Origin: Eledone cirrhosa | Lineage: Eukaryota | DNA length: 64,000 nt | NCBI GenBank assembly: GCA_964016885.1 | Contig: OZ024741.1 | Coordinates: 245,024,001-245,088,000, forward strand | Direction: 5' to 3' | In this document: in pieces, positions 39,872 through 55,500 of the stretch | How the letters are laid out: each line of letters begins with the position of its first letter | Position numbering within the stretch: position 1 is the stretch's first letter | The notes under the pieces: generated by a model | The model's database searches: none | The model's input: the letters and a program-made list of their open reading frames with translations, nothing else | What the model was told of the DNA's origin: nothing | Translations under genes and position numbers: made by a program

Positions 39872-42800
39872 AATCCCATTAAAAACCACATTAAAAATTC
39901 AATTAAAAATCTATTTTGAAAAACCCATTAAAAACCCCATTATAAGCTCATAAAACACTCCATTAAAACCCCAACCAAACCCCCCATTAAAACACAATTA
40001 AAACATCATTAAGAATGCCAATAAAAGCGCCATTAAAAACCACATTGGAAACCCATAAAAACCCAATTAAAACAAAATTAAAGTTTCCATTAAAAGTCCC
40101 CATTAAAACTCCATTAAAACACCCATTAAACCCCCCCCCCCCCTCGAAAAGACATTAAAACCTCAAATTTAAACCGAAATAAAAACTCAATTAAAACGCA
40201 ATTAAAAACTCAATTAAAACACCATTAAAAACACAATTAAAAGCCCATTAAACCAATTAAAATTGCATTAACACACCACTAAGGTTCCATTGGAAAACCA
40301 TTAAAAATGTCATTAAAAACTACACTGAAAACCCATTAAACCCCCATTAAAAGCGCACCCAAAACTTTATAAAAAACCAAATAAAAACCCCATTAAAATA
40401 CCATTAAAACGGCATAAAACACCATTAAAACTACATTAAAACTCAATTAAAAATTCCATTTAAATCTCCATTATAAACTCAATTAAAACTCCATTAAAAC
40501 TCAATTAAAAACTCCATTAAAAACACACACACATGAAGTTACATGCTGGCTTGCACACTTATAGCGATTGCTATTTCCTTTTAATTTCATTAAAACTAGG
40601 ATGTTTTAGAAAGATAAAAACAAAACTGAATAATGAAGAGACTAGGGAGGGGTAAAGAAAGGCAGATCAGGCTGTAGAGGACAGTAGGGGGAGAAGAGGG
40701 AAGAGACTTGGGAGGGGTAAAGAAAGGCAGATCTGGCTGTAGAGGACAGTAGGGGGAGAAGAGGGAGAAATAAACTAAATTATAAACTAAGTTATAAACT
40801 AAATTATAAACTAAATTAAAAACTCAATAAAATAAAATAAAATAAAATAAAATAAAATAAAATAAAATAAAATAAAATAAAATAAAATAAAATAAAATAA
40901 AATAAAATAAAATAAAAAATAAAATAAAATAAAATAAAATAAAATAAAATAAAATAAAATAAAATAAAATAAAATAAAAAAAATAAAATAAAATAAAATA
41001 AAAAAAACTAAAAAATATAAATAAAATAAAATAAAATAAATAAAATAAAATAAAATAAAATAAAATAAAATAAATAAAAATAAAATAAAATAAAAAAAAA
41101 TAAAAAAAAATTAAATATAAAAAATAAATAAAATAAAATAAAATAAGAACTCAATTAAAAACTCAGTAAAAACTCAATTAAAAACTCAATTAAAAACTCA
41201 ATCGAAGCACCATTAAAACACCATTAAAAACTCCACTATAAACCCACTAAACCCATTAAAAACCAATTAAAAATTCAATTACACATCCCATTAGAAATTT
41301 CATTAAAAACTCAATTAAAAGTTCCATTGAAAACACATTCAAAACCCATTAACCCCATATTAAAAGTTCATAAAACTCTATTAAAAACCCAATAACAAAC
41401 CAATTAAAACGCCATTAAAACACCACAAAACACAATAAAATGTCATAAAAACGCCATTAAAACATCACAAAAAGCCCAATTAAAAAACCATTAATAATGT
41501 CATTAAAAATTCCATAAAAATCCATTAAAAACTCCACTAAAAGCCCATTAAAAAGTTCATTAAAAGCCATATTATAAATTTCATAAAAAACAATTGAAAA
41601 CCCCATTATTTATGAGCCTTTTTTATGAGTTTTTAATAGTGTTTTAATTCAGTTTTTAATTGCGTTTAAAATTGGGTTTTAATGGCTTTTTAATGGTGTT
41701 TTAATGGAATTTTAATGTGATTTTCGATGGTGTTTAATGGGTTTTTTATGGAGTTTTTAATTGGGTTTTCAATGGTGTTGTTTATGAGTTTTTAAATGGG
41801 TTTTTAATGGAATTTTTGATTGCGTTTTTAATGAAATTTTTAATAGATTCAAGGATGTTTTAATGGAGTTTTTAATGGTCTTTTTAATGGCGTTTTAATT
41901 GTGTTTTTATGGTGTTTAAATGCGTTTTAATGATTTTTAATTGGGTTTTTAATGGAGTATTTTTAATGAGCTCTTAATGGATTTTTCAATTGGATACTTA
42001 ATGGGTTTTAATGGAATTTATAATAAGGGTTCTAATTGACTTTAAATATGATTTTTAATGGAGTTTTTAATGAAATTTCTAATGGTGTTTTTAATTGCGT
42101 TTCCCCCCGTGAGGGTTTTAATGGCATTTTAAATGACATTTTAATGAGTTTTTATGATGTTTTAATGGCGTTGTAATTGTTTTTTATTGGGTTTTTAATA
42201 TAATTTTGTATGAGCTTTTAATGGGGGTTTTCAATGTTGTTTTTAATGGAGTGTTTAATGGAATTTTAATGGGGGTTTAATAAAAAAAATTAATTGCTTT
42301 TTAATTTAATTTTTAATGCGTTTTTGATGGTGTTTAAGTGCGTTCATGATGATCTTTTTAATGGATTTTTAATGGCGTTTTAATTGAATTTTTAATGGTG
42401 TTTTCAATGTAATTTTTAATGATAGTTTAATGGTGTTTTAATGACGTTTTAATTGTGTTTTTTATGGTGTTTTAGTGACGTTTAAATAGGATTTTTAATT
42501 GGTTTTTTAATTGAGTATTTATATGAGTTTTCACTGGTGTTTTTAATGGGTTTTTCAATATTGCATTTAATGAAATTTTTAATATGGTTTCAAATGGAAT
42601 TTTTAATGTGTTTTTAATTGGGTTTCTAGTGACGTTTTTAATGGTACTTTAAATGACGTTTTAATGACTTTTATGGCGTTTTAATGGGTTTTTTACTTGG
42701 GTTTTTAATGTAGTTTTTTAAAAGATCTTTACTTGGGATTTTATGGGTTTTCAATGCGGTTTTTAATGGTATATTAATGGAGTTTTTGGTGTGGTTGTTA

Positions 42801-45015
42801 ATGGTATTAGTGACATTTTAATGTGTTTTTAATGGTGTTTTAAGCGAGTTTCTGATTTAGTTTAAATTTAAATATTTGATGGTCCTTCTAATGGGCTTTA
42901 ATGGATGTGTAATGTGTTTAATGCAATTTTAATGGGGTTTAATGGGGGTAGTAGGTTTCAATGGGTTTTAATGGAGTTTTAATGGCTAGTGCTCTTTTTT
43001 TAGAGTTTTTAATGGTGTTTTTAATGGTTTTTCATTGAGCTTTTAATTGCGTTTTTAATTGCGTTTTTAATCTAGTTTAAAAATTGAGTTTTAATGGGTT
43101 TTTCAATTAGGTTTTTAATGGATTTATAATGGTGTTTTTTACGGACCCTTTAATTTTTTATAATGGGTTTTCAATGCCGTTTTAATGGTGTTTTTTAATG
43201 GTATCCTTAATGACGCTTCGATAAGTTTCAATGTTATTTTAATGGGGTTTTGATTGATTTTTTAATGGAGTTTTTTTAATGAACTTTTATTGGGGTTTTC
43301 AATCAGGTTTTTAACTGAATTTTTAATGTTTTTCAATTAGATTTTTTATGGAGTTTTTATGGGCTTTTTAATGAGTTTTTAATGGTGTGCTAATTGAGTT
43401 TTCAATTACCTTTTTAATTGAGTATAAAATCGAGTTTTTACTAAGTTTTTAATGAATTTTTAATGGAATTTTAATGGGGTTTCCAATGGACTTTTAATTG
43501 TGTTTTAATGGGGTTTTAAAATTTGTTTTTAGTTGCATTTTTCAGGGGCTTTTAATGGGGCTTAATGGGGGTTTAATGGGGGATTTAATTGAGTTTTTAA
43601 TGGAGTTTAATAGAGTTTATAATGGAGGTTTTAATGGAGTTTTTAATGAAGTTTTAATGTAGTTTTTAATGAGGTTTTTAATGACGATTTTAATGGCGTT
43701 CTTAATGGCGTTTTAATGGTATTTTATGGCATTTTAATGACGGTTGTAATGGTTTTTAATGGAGTGTTAATTGGTTATTAATTGTATTTTAATGGGTTTT
43801 ATGAGCTTTTTAATGGGCTTTTTAGTGATGTTTTTAATGGAGTTTTTAATGGGTCTTTTAATGGAATTTGCAATGTATTTTTTAATCCGTGTTTTCAATT
43901 GTATTTTTAATGACGTTTTAATGGTGTTTTTTATGGCGTTTTAATAGGATTTTTAATTGGTTTTTTAAAGGACTATTATTATGGGTTTTTTATGTAATTT
44001 TATAATGGGATTTTCAGTAGGGTTTTTAATTGGATTTTTAATGGAGTTTATAATATGGTTTTTAATTGGATTTTTAAAGAATTTATAATTGCGGTTTTAA
44101 TATAGTGTTTAATGGAGTATTTAATTGGTTTTTAATGGTAATTTTAATGGAGTGTTTAATGTGTTTTTAATGGGGGAGGAGGGGGGTAAAATGCAGTTTT
44201 TAATTGAGTTATCAATGGAGTTTTTAATGATATTTTTAATGACGTTTTAATAGCGTTTTATGACGTTTTAATGACGTTTTAATGGTTTTTTATTGGGTTT
44301 TGGGAGTTTTTATGAGCTTCTAATTAGGTTTTAAATGGGGTTTTCAATGAAGTTTTTAGTGGAATTTTTAATGGGCCTTTAATGTATTTTTAATGGGATT
44401 TTAATGTTTTTATGGCGTTTTTAATGGTATTTTAAATGCTGTTTTAATGTTTCTTTTATGGCCTTTTAATTGGGTTTTTGATTGAGTTTTTAATGGATTT
44501 TTTTTAACGAGAATTATGAAGTTTAATGGGTTTCCAGTGTGTTTTAAATGAAGTTTTTGATAATATTTTTAATGGAATTTTAATGGCGGTTATGGGATTT
44601 TAATGGGTTCTGGTGGTATTTTTGTGGGTTTTAATGGGGTGTTAAATGGTTTTAGTGTTGTTTTACTTGCGCTTTCGATTACGTTTACAATTAAGTTTTT
44701 ACTGTTTTTAATTGGATTTTTAATGGATTTTAATGTGGTTTTTAATGGAATTTTAATGGTGTTTTAATATAGTTTTTAATGGGTTTCGGATGTAGCTTTT
44801 AATGGTGGTTTAGTGTGCTTTTTATTGGGTTTTTAATGAGTTTTTATGAGCTTTTCAATGGAGTTTTTAATGGTGTTTATATATATATATATATACATAC
44901 ATATATATGTATATATATATATTTACACATATATATGTGTATATATATATGTGTATATATATATTTACACATATATATGTGTATATATATATTTACACAT
45001 ATATATGTGTATTAA

Positions 45016-45048
<33 letters not shown>

Positions 45049-45186
45049 TTAAATATATATATATATATATATATATATTAAATATATATATATATATATA
45101 TATATTAAATATATATATATATATATATATTAAATATATATATATATATATATATATTAAATATATATATATATATATATATATAT

Positions 45187-45221
<35 letters not shown>

Positions 45222-45244
45222 TATATATATATATATATATATAT

Positions 45245-45283
<39 letters not shown>

Positions 45284-45479
45284 CACTTTCATGTTACACA
45301 CTATATATAAACTGGGATTGATATTTTGCGTTAGTGCCATATTAAGGTGACAACGATATATTCGTATCTTAAAAAATATTTTTTTTAGATCACATTGTTC
45401 TAGATATTAAAATTATTAAATCTATTTTCAATTTGCACGAACACTTGCATATACTACATACATACATTTCTATAGACAC

Positions 45480-45873
45480 TAACACAAATATTAGCATATA
45501 CATAATTTCTTAGTCATTGAGGATGTGTTTTTATACATACATATGCATATTGCATACATACATACATACACACATACAAGCATATACATAGACATACACA
45601 CACACATATATACACACACTGTATATATATATATACATACACACACACACACATATATATATACACACACACACTATATATATATATAGTGTGTGGTGTA
45701 TATATATATATGTGTGTGTGTGTATGTATATATATACAGTGTGTGTATATATATGTGTGTGTATGTGTATGTATATGCTTGTATGTGTGTATGTATGGAT
45801 GCAATATGCATATGTATGTATAAAAAACACATCCTCAATTACTAAGAAAATATGTATATGCTAATATTTGTGT

Positions 45874-45875
<2 letters not shown>
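45480..45875. repeat. ~400-bp palindrome, unit 3
   Basis: Same arms TAACACAAATATTAGC...GCTAATATTTGTGTTA. Confidence 0.95.
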
Positions 45876-45905
<30 letters not shown>

Positions 45906-45968
45906 CGCACACACTATATATATATATATATATACATACACACTATATATATATATATACACACACAC

Positions 45969-46015
<47 letters not shown>

Positions 46016-49000
46016 AATCCCATTAAAAACCACATTAAAAATTCAATTAAAAATCTATTTTGAAAAACCCATTAAAAACCACATTATAAGCTCATAAAAC
46101 ACTCCATTAAAACCCCAACCAAACCCCCCATTAAAACACAATTAAAACATCATTAAGAATGCCAATAAAAGCGCCATTAAAAACCACATTGGAAACCCAT
46201 AAAAACCCAATTAAAACAAAATTAAAGTTTCCATTAAAAGTCCCCATTAAAACTCCATTAAAACCCCCATTAACCCCCCCTCGAAAAGACATTAAAACCT
46301 CAAATTTTAACCGAAATAAAAACTCAATTAAAACGCAATTAAAAACTCAATTAAAACACCATTAAAAACACAATTAAAAGCCCATTAAACCAATTAAAAT
46401 TGCATTAACACACCACTAAGGTTCCATTGGAAAACCATTAAAAATGTCATTAAAAACTACACTGAAAACCCATTAAACCCCCATTAAAAGCGCACCCAAA
46501 ACTTTATAAAAAACCAAATAAAAACCCCATTAAAATACCATTAAAACGGCATAAAACACCATTAAAACTACATTAAAACTCAATTAAAAATTCCATTTAA
46601 ATCTCCATTATAAACTCAATTAAAACTCCATTAAAACTCAATTAAAAACTCCATTAAAAACACACACACATGAAGTTACATGCTGGCTTGCACACTTATA
46701 GCGATTGCTATTTCCTTTTAATTTCATTAAAACTAGGATGTTTTAGAAAGATAAAAACAAAACTGAATAATGAAGAGACTAGGGAGGGGTAAAGAAAGGC
46801 AGATCAGGCTGTAGAGGACAGTAGGGGGAGAAGAGGGAAGAGACTTGGGAGGGGTAAAGAAAGGCAGATCTGGCTGTAGAGGACAGTAGGGGGAGAAGAG
46901 GGAGAAATAAACTAAATTATAAACTAAGTTATAAACTAAATTATAAACTAAATTAAAAACTCAATAAAATAAAATAAAATAAAATAAAATAAAATAAAAT
47001 AAAATAAAATAAAATAAAATAAAATAAAATAAAATAAAATAAAATAAAATAAAATAAAATAAAATAAAATAAAATAAAATAAAAAATAAAATAAAATAAA
47101 ATAAAATAAAATAAAATAAAATAAAATAAAATAAAATAAAATAAAATAAAATAAAATAAAATAAAATAAAAAAAATAAAATAAAATAAAATAAAAAAATC
47201 TAAAAAATATAAATAAAATAAAATAAAATAAATAAAATAAAATAAAATAAAATAAATAAAAATAAAATAAAATAAAAAAAAATAAAAAAAAATTAAATAT
47301 AAAAAATAAATAAAATAAAATAAAATAAGAACTCAATTAAAAACTCAGTAAAAACTCAATTAAAAACTCAATTAAAAACTCAATCGAAGCACCATTAAAA
47401 CACCATTAAAAACTCCACTATAAACCCACTAAACCCATTAAAAACCAATTAAAAATTCAATTACACATCCCATTAGAAATTTCATTAAAAACTCAATTAA
47501 AAGTTCCATTGAAAACACATTCAAAACCCATTAACCCCATATTAAAAGTTCATAAAACTCTATTAAAAACCCAATAACAAACCAATTAAAACGCCATTAA
47601 AACGCCACAAAACACAATAAAATGTCATAAAAACGCCATTAAAACATCACAAAAAGCCCAATTAAAAAACCATTAATAATGTCATTAAAAATTCCATAAA
47701 AATCCATTAAAAACTCCACTAAAAGCCCATTAAAAAGTTCATTAAAAGCCATATTATAAATTTCATAAAAAACAATTGAAAACCCCATTATTTATGAGCC
47801 TTTTTTTATGAGTTTTTAATAGTGTTTTAATTCAGTTTTTAATTGCGTTTAAAATTGGGTTTTAATGGCTTTTTAATGGTGTTTTAATGGGATTTTCGAT
47901 GGTGTTTAATGGGTTTTTTATGGAGTTTTTAATTGGGTTTTCAATGGTGTTGTTTATGAGTTTTTAAATGGGTTTTTAATGGAATTTTTGATTGCGTTTT
48001 TAATGAAATTTTTAATAGATTCAAGGATGTTTTAATGGAGTTTTTAATGGCGTTTTAATTGTGTTTTTATGGTGTTTAAATGCGTTTTAATGATTTTTAA
48101 TTGGGTTTTTAATGGAGTATTTTTAATGAGCTCTTAATGGATTTTTCAATTGGATACTTAATGGGTTTTAATGGAATTTATAATAAGGGTTCTAATTGAC
48201 TTTAAATATGATTTTTAATGGAGTTTTTAATGAAATTTCTAATGGTGTTTTTAATTGCGTTTCCCCCCGTGAGGGTTTTAATGGCATTTTAAATGACATT
48301 TTAATGAGTTTTTATGATGTTTTAATGGCGTTGTAATTGTTTTTTATTGGGTTTTTAATATAATTTTGTATGAGCTTTTAATGGGGGTTTTCAATGTTGT
48401 TTTTAATGGAGTGTTTAATGGAATTTTAATGGGGGTTTGATAAAAAAAATTAATTGCTTTTTAATTTAATTTTTAATGCGTTTTTGATGGTGTTTAAGTG
48501 CGTTCATGATGATCTTTTTAATGGATTTTTAATGGGGTTTTAATTGAATTTTTAATGGTGTTTTCAATGTAATTTTTAATGATAGTTTAATGGTGTTTTA
48601 ATGACGTTTTAATTGTGTTTTTTATGGTGTTTTAGTGACGTTTAAATAGGATTTTTAATTGGTTTTTTAATTGAGTATTTATATGAGTTTTCACTGGTGT
48701 TTTTAATGGGTTTTTCAATATTGCATTTAATGAAATTTTTAATATGGTTTCAAATGGAATTTTTAATGTGTTTTTAATTGGGTTTCTAGTGACGTTTTTA
48801 ATGGTACTTTAAATGACGTTTTAATGACTTTTATGGCGTTTTAATGGGTTTTTTAATTGGGTTTTTAATGTAGTTTTTTAAAAGATCTTTACTTGGGATT
48901 TTATGGGTTTTCAATGCGGTTTTTAATGGTATATTAATGGAGTTTTTGGTGTGGTTGTTAATGGTATTAGTGACATTTTAATGTGTTTTTAATGGTGTTT

Positions 49001-50655
49001 TAAGCGAGTTTCTGATTTAGTTTAAATTTAAATATTTGATGGTCCTTCTAATGGGCTTTAATGGATGTGTAATGTGTTTAATGCAATTTTAATGGGGTTT
49101 AATGGGGGTAGTAGGTTTCAATGGGTTTTAATGGAGTTTTAATGGCTAGTGCTCTTTTTTAAAGAGTTTTTAATGGTGTTTTTAATGGTTTTTCATTGAG
49201 CTTTTAATTGCGTTTTTAATCTAGTTTAAAAATTGAGTTTTAATGGGTTTTTCAATTAGGTTTTTAATGGATTTATAATGGTGTTTTTTACGGACCCTTT
49301 AATTTTTTATAATGGGTTTTCAATGCCGTTTTAATGGTGTTTTTTAATGGTATCCTTAATGACGCTTCGATAAGTTTCAATGTTATTTTAATGGGGTTTT
49401 GATTGATTTTTTAATGGAGTTTTTTTAATGAACTTTTATTGGGGTTTTCAATCAGGTTTTTAACTGAATTTTTAATGTTTTTCAATTAGATTTTTTATGG
49501 AGTTTTTATGGGCTTTTTAATGAGTTTTTAATGGTGTGCTAATTGAGTTTTCAATTACCTTTTTAATTGAGTATAAAATCGAGTTTTTACTAAGTTTTTA
49601 ATGAATTTTTAATGGAATTTTAATGGGGTTTCCAATGGACTTTTAATTGTGTTTTAATGGGGTTTTAAAATTGGTTTTTAGTTGCATTTTCAGGGGCTTT
49701 TAATGGGGCTTAATGGGGGTTTAATGGGGGATTTAATTGAGTTTTTAATGGAGTTTAATAGAGTTTATAATGGAGGTTTTAATGGAGTTTTTAATGAAGT
49801 TTTAATGTAGTTTTTAATGAGGTTTTTAATGACGATTTTAATGGCGTTCTTAATGGCGTTTTAATGGTATTTTATGGCATTTTAATGACGGTTGTAATGG
49901 TTTTTAATGGAGTGTTAATTGGTTATTGATTGTATTTTAATGGGTTTTATGAGCTTTTTAATGGGCTTTTTAGTGGTGTTTTTAATGGAGTTTTTAATGG
50001 GTCTTTTAATGGAATTTGCAATGTAGTTTTTAATGGTGTTTTTAATTGTATTTTTAATGACGTTTTAATGGTGTTTTTTATGGCGTTTTAATAGGATTTT
50101 TAATTGGTTTTTTAAAGGACTATTATTATGGGTTTTTATGTAGTTTTATAATGGGATTTTCAGTAGGGTTTTTAATTGGATTTTTAATGGAGTTTATAAT
50201 ATGTTTTTTAATTGGATTTTTAAAGAATTTATAATTGCGGTTTTAATATAGTGTTTAATGGAGTATTTAATTGGTTTTTAATGGTAATTTTAATGGAGTG
50301 TTTAATGTGTTTTTAATGGGGGAGGAGGGGGTAAAATGCAGTTTTTAATTGAGTTATCAATGGAGTTTTTAATGACATTTTTAATGACGTTTTAATAGCG
50401 TTTTATGACGTTTTAATGACGTTTTAATGGTTTTTTATTGGGTTTTGGGAGTTTTTATGAGCTTCTAATTAGGTTTTAAATGGGGTTTTCAATGAGGTTT
50501 TTAGTGGAATTTTTAATGGGCCTTTAATGTATTTTTAATGGGATTTTAATGTTTTTTATGGCGTTTTTAATGGTATTTTAAATACTGTTTTAATGTTTCT
50601 TTTATGGCCTTTTAATTGGGTTTTTGATTGAGTTTTTAATGGATTTTTTTTAACG

Positions 50656-51052
50656 GATTTTTTTTTAATGGATTTTTTTTAATGGATTTTTTTAATGGAT
50701 TTTTTTTAATGGATTTTTTTTAATGGATTTTTTAAATGGATGTTTTTAATGGATTTTTTAATGGATTTTTTTAATGGATTTTTTAATGGATTTTTAATCG
50801 ATTTTTAATGGATTTTTAATGGATTTTTAATGGATTTTTAATGGATTTTTAATGGATTTTTTAATGGATTTTTTTGAGTTGATTTTTTTAATGGATTTTT
50901 AATGGATTTTTTTAAATGCTGTTTTAATGTTTCTTTTATGGCCTTTTAATTGGGTTTTTGATTGAGTTTTTAATGGATTTTTTTTAACGGATTTTTTTTA
51001 ATGGATTTTTTTTAATGGATTTTTTTTAATGGATTTTTTTTAATGGATTTTT
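50656..51052 (+). repeat. Unit-3-specific ~397-bp insertion: homogeneous (GGAT5-9AAT)n expansion containing a 76-bp local duplication
   Basis: It replaces AGAA in the consensus ...TTAACG-AGAA-TTATGAAG seen in units 1, 2, 4 and 5. Positions 50914-50989 copy 50580-50655. Confidence 0.92.
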
Positions 51053-51709
51053 TTATGAAGTTTAATGGGTTTCCAGTGTGTTTTAAATGAAGTTTTTGAT
51101 AATATTTTTAATGGAATTTTAATGGCGGTTATGGGATTTTAATGGGTTCTGGTGGTATTTTTGTGGGTTTTAATGGGGTGTTAAATGGTTTTAATGTTGT
51201 TTTACTTGCGCTTTCGATTACGTTTACAATTAAGTTTTTACTGTTTTTAATTGGATTTTTAATGGATTTTAATGTGGTTTTTAATGGAATTTTAATGGTG
51301 TTTTAATATAGTTTTTAATGGGTTTCGGATGTAGCTTTTAATGGTGGTTTAGTGTGCTTTTTATTGGGTTTTTAATGAGTTTTTATGAGCTTTTCAATGG
51401 AGTTTTTAATGGTGTTTATATATATATATATATATACATACATATATATGTATATATATATATTTACACATATATATGTGTATATATATATGTATATATA
51501 TATATTTACACATATATATGTGTATATATATATGTGTATATATATATTTACACATATATATGTGTATATATATATTTACACATATATATGTGTATTAAAT
51601 ATATATATATATATATATATACATATATTAAATATATATATATATATATATATATATTAAATATATATATATATATATATATATATTAAATATATATATA
51701 TATATATAT

Positions 51710-51746
<37 letters not shown>

Positions 51747-51815
51747 TATATATATATATATATATTAAATATATATATATATATATATTAAATATATATA
51801 TATATATATATATAT

Positions 51816-51858
<43 letters not shown>

Positions 51859-52057
51859 CACTTTCATGTTACACACTATATATAAACTGGGATTTATATT
51901 TTGCGTTAGTGCCATATTAAGCTGACAACGATATATTCGTATCTTAAAAAATATTTTTTTTAGATCACATTGTTCTAGATATTATTAAAATTATTAAATC
52001 TATTTTCAATTTGCACGAACACTTGCATATACTACATACATACATTTATATAGACAC

Positions 52058-52447
52058 TAACACAAATATTAGCATATACATAATTTCTTAGTCATTGAGG
52101 ATGTGTTTTTATACATACATATGCATATTGCATACATACATACACACATACAAGCATATACATAGACATACACAGACACATATATACACACACTGTATAT
52201 ATATATATACATACACACACACACACATATATATATACACACACACACTATATATATATATAGTGTGTGGTGTATATATATATATGTGTGTGTGTGTATG
52301 TATATATATACAGTGTGTGTATATATATGTGTGTGTATGTGTATGTATATGCTTGTATGTGTGTATGTATGGATGCAATATGCATATGTATGTATAAAAA
52401 ACACATCCTCAATTACTAAGAAAATATGTATATGCTAATATTTGTGT

Positions 52448-52449
<2 letters not shown>
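52058..52449. repeat. ~400-bp palindrome, unit 4
   Basis: Same arms TAACACAAATATTAGC...GCTAATATTTGTGTTA. Confidence 0.95.
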
Positions 52450-52479
<30 letters not shown>

Positions 52480-52542
52480 CGCACACACTATATATATATA
52501 TATATATACATACACACTATATATATATATATACACACACAC

Positions 52543-52589
<47 letters not shown>

Positions 52590-55500
52590 AATCCCATTAA
52601 AAACCACATTAAAAATTCAATTAAAAATCTATTTTGAAAAACCCATTAAAAACCCCATTATAAGCTCATAAAACACTCCATTAAAACCCCAACCAAACCC
52701 CCCATTAAAACACAATTAAAACATCATTAAGAATGCCAATAAAAGCGCCATTAAAAACCACATTGGAAACCCATAAAAACCCAATTAAAACAAAATTAAA
52801 GTTTCCATTAAAAGTCCCCATTAAAACTCCATTAAAACACCCATTAAACCCCCCCCTCGAAAAGACATTAAAACCTCAAATTTAAACCGAAATAAAAACT
52901 CAATTAAAACGCAATTAAAAACTCAATTAAAACACCATTAAAAACACAATTAAAAGCCCATTAAACCAATTAAAATTGCATTAACACACCACTAAGGTTC
53001 CATTGGAAAACCATTAAAAATGTCATTAAAAACTACACTGAAAACCCATTAAACCCCTATTAAAAGCGCACCCAAAACTTTATAAAAAACCAAATAAAAA
53101 CCCCATTAAAATACCATTAAAACGGCATAAAACACCATTAAAACTACATTAAAACTCAATTAAAAATTCCATTTAAATCTCCATTATAAACTCAATTAAA
53201 ACTCCATTAAAACTCAATTAAAAACTCCATTAAAAACACACACACATGAAGTTACATGCTGGCTTGCACACTTATAGCGATTGCTATTTCCTTTTAATTT
53301 CATTAAAACTAGGATGTTTTAGAAAGATAAAAACAAAACTGAATAATGAAGAGACTAGGGAGGGGTAAAGAAAGGCAGATCAGGCTGTAGAGGACAGTAG
53401 GGGGAGAAGAGGGAAGAGACTTGGGAGGGGTAAAGAAAGGCAGATCTGGCTGTAGAGGACAGTAGGGGGAGAAGAGGGAGAAATAAACTAAATTATAAAC
53501 TAAGTTATAAACTAAATTATAAACTAAATTAAAAACTCAATAAAATAAAATAAAATAAAATAAAATAAAATAAAATAAAATAAAATAAAATAAAATAAAA
53601 TAAAATAAAATAAAATAAAATAAAATAAAATAAAATAAAATAAAATAAAATAAAAAATAAAATAAAATAAAATAAAATAAAATAAAATAAAAAATAAAAT
53701 AAAATAAAATAAAATAAAATAAAATAAAATAAAAAAAACTAAAAAATATAAATAAAATAAAATAAAATAAATAAAATAAAATAAAATAAAATAAAATAAA
53801 ATAAATAAAAATAAAATAAAATAAAAAAAAATAAAAAAAAATTAAATATAAAAAATAAATAAAATAAAATAAAATAAGAACTCAATTAAAAACTCAGTAA
53901 AAACTCAATTAAAAACTCAATTAAAAACTCAATCGAAGCACCATTAAAACACCATTAAAAACGCCACTATAAACCCACTAAACCCATTAAAAACCAATTA
54001 AAAATTCAATTACACATCCCATTAGAAATTTCATTAAAAACTCAATTAAAAGTTCCATTGAAAACACATTCAAAACCCATTAACCCCATATTAAAAGTTC
54101 ATAAAACTCTATTAAAAACCCAATAACAAACCAATTAAAACGCCATTAAAACGCCACAAAACACAATAAAATGTCATAAAAACGCCATTAAAACATCACA
54201 AAAAGCCCAATTAAAAAACCATTAATAATGCCATTAAAAATTCCATAAAAATCCATTAAAAACTCCACTAAAAGCCCATTAAAAAGTTCATTAAAAGCCA
54301 TATTATAAATTTCATAAAAAACAATTGAAAACCCCATTATTTATGAGCCTTTTTTATGAGTTTTTAATAGTGTTTTAATTCAGTTTTTAATTGCGTTTAA
54401 AATTGGGTTTTAATGGCTTTTTAATGGTGTTTTAATGGAATTTTAATGTGATTTTCGATGGTGTTTAATGGGTTTTTTATGGAGTTTTTAATTGGGTTTT
54501 CAATGGTGTTGTTTATGAGTTTTAAATGGGTTTTTAATGGAATTTTTGATTGCGTTTTTAATGAAATTTTTAATAGATTCAAGGATGTTTTAATGGAGTT
54601 TTTAATGGTCTTTTTAATGGCGTTTTAATTGTGTTTTTATGGTGTTTAAATGCGTTTTAATGATTTTTAATTGGGTTTTTAATGGAGTATTTTTAATGAG
54701 CTCTTAATGGATTTTTCAATTGGATACTTAATGGGTTTTAATGGAATTTATAATAAGGGTTCTAATTGACTTTAAATATGATTTTTAATGGAGTTTTTAA
54801 TGAAATTTCTAATGGTGTTTTTAATTGCGTTTCCCCCCGTGAGGGTTTTAATGGCATTTTAAATGACATTTTAATGAGTTTTTATGATGTTTTAATGGCG
54901 TTGTAATTGTTTTTTATTGGGTTTTTAATATAATTTTGTATGAGCTTTTAATGGGGGTTTTCAATGTTGTTTTTAATGGAGTGTTTAATGGAATTTTAAT
55001 GGGGGTTTGATAAAAAAAATTAATTGCTTTTTAATTTAATTTTTAATGCGTTTTTGATGGTGTTTAAGTGCGTTCATGATGATCTTTTTAATGGATTTTT
55101 AATGGCGTTTTAATTGAATTTTTAATGGTGTTTTCAATGTAATTTTTAATGATAGTTTAATGGTGTTTTAATGACGTTTTAATTGTGTTTTTTATGGTGT
55201 TTTAGTGACGTTTAAATAGGATTTTTAATTGGTTTTTTAATTGAGTATTTATATGAGTTTTCACTGGTGTTTTTAATGGGTTTTTCAATATTGCATTTAA
55301 TGAAATTTTTAATATGGTTTCAAATGGAATTTTTAATGTATTTTTAATTGGGTTTCTAGTGACGTTTTTAATGGTACTTTAAATGACGTTTTAATGACTT
55401 TTATGGCGTTTTAATGGGTTTTTTAATTGGGTTTTTAATGTAGTTTTTTAAAAGATCTTTACTTGGGATTTTATGGGTTTTCAATGCGGTTTTTAATGGT

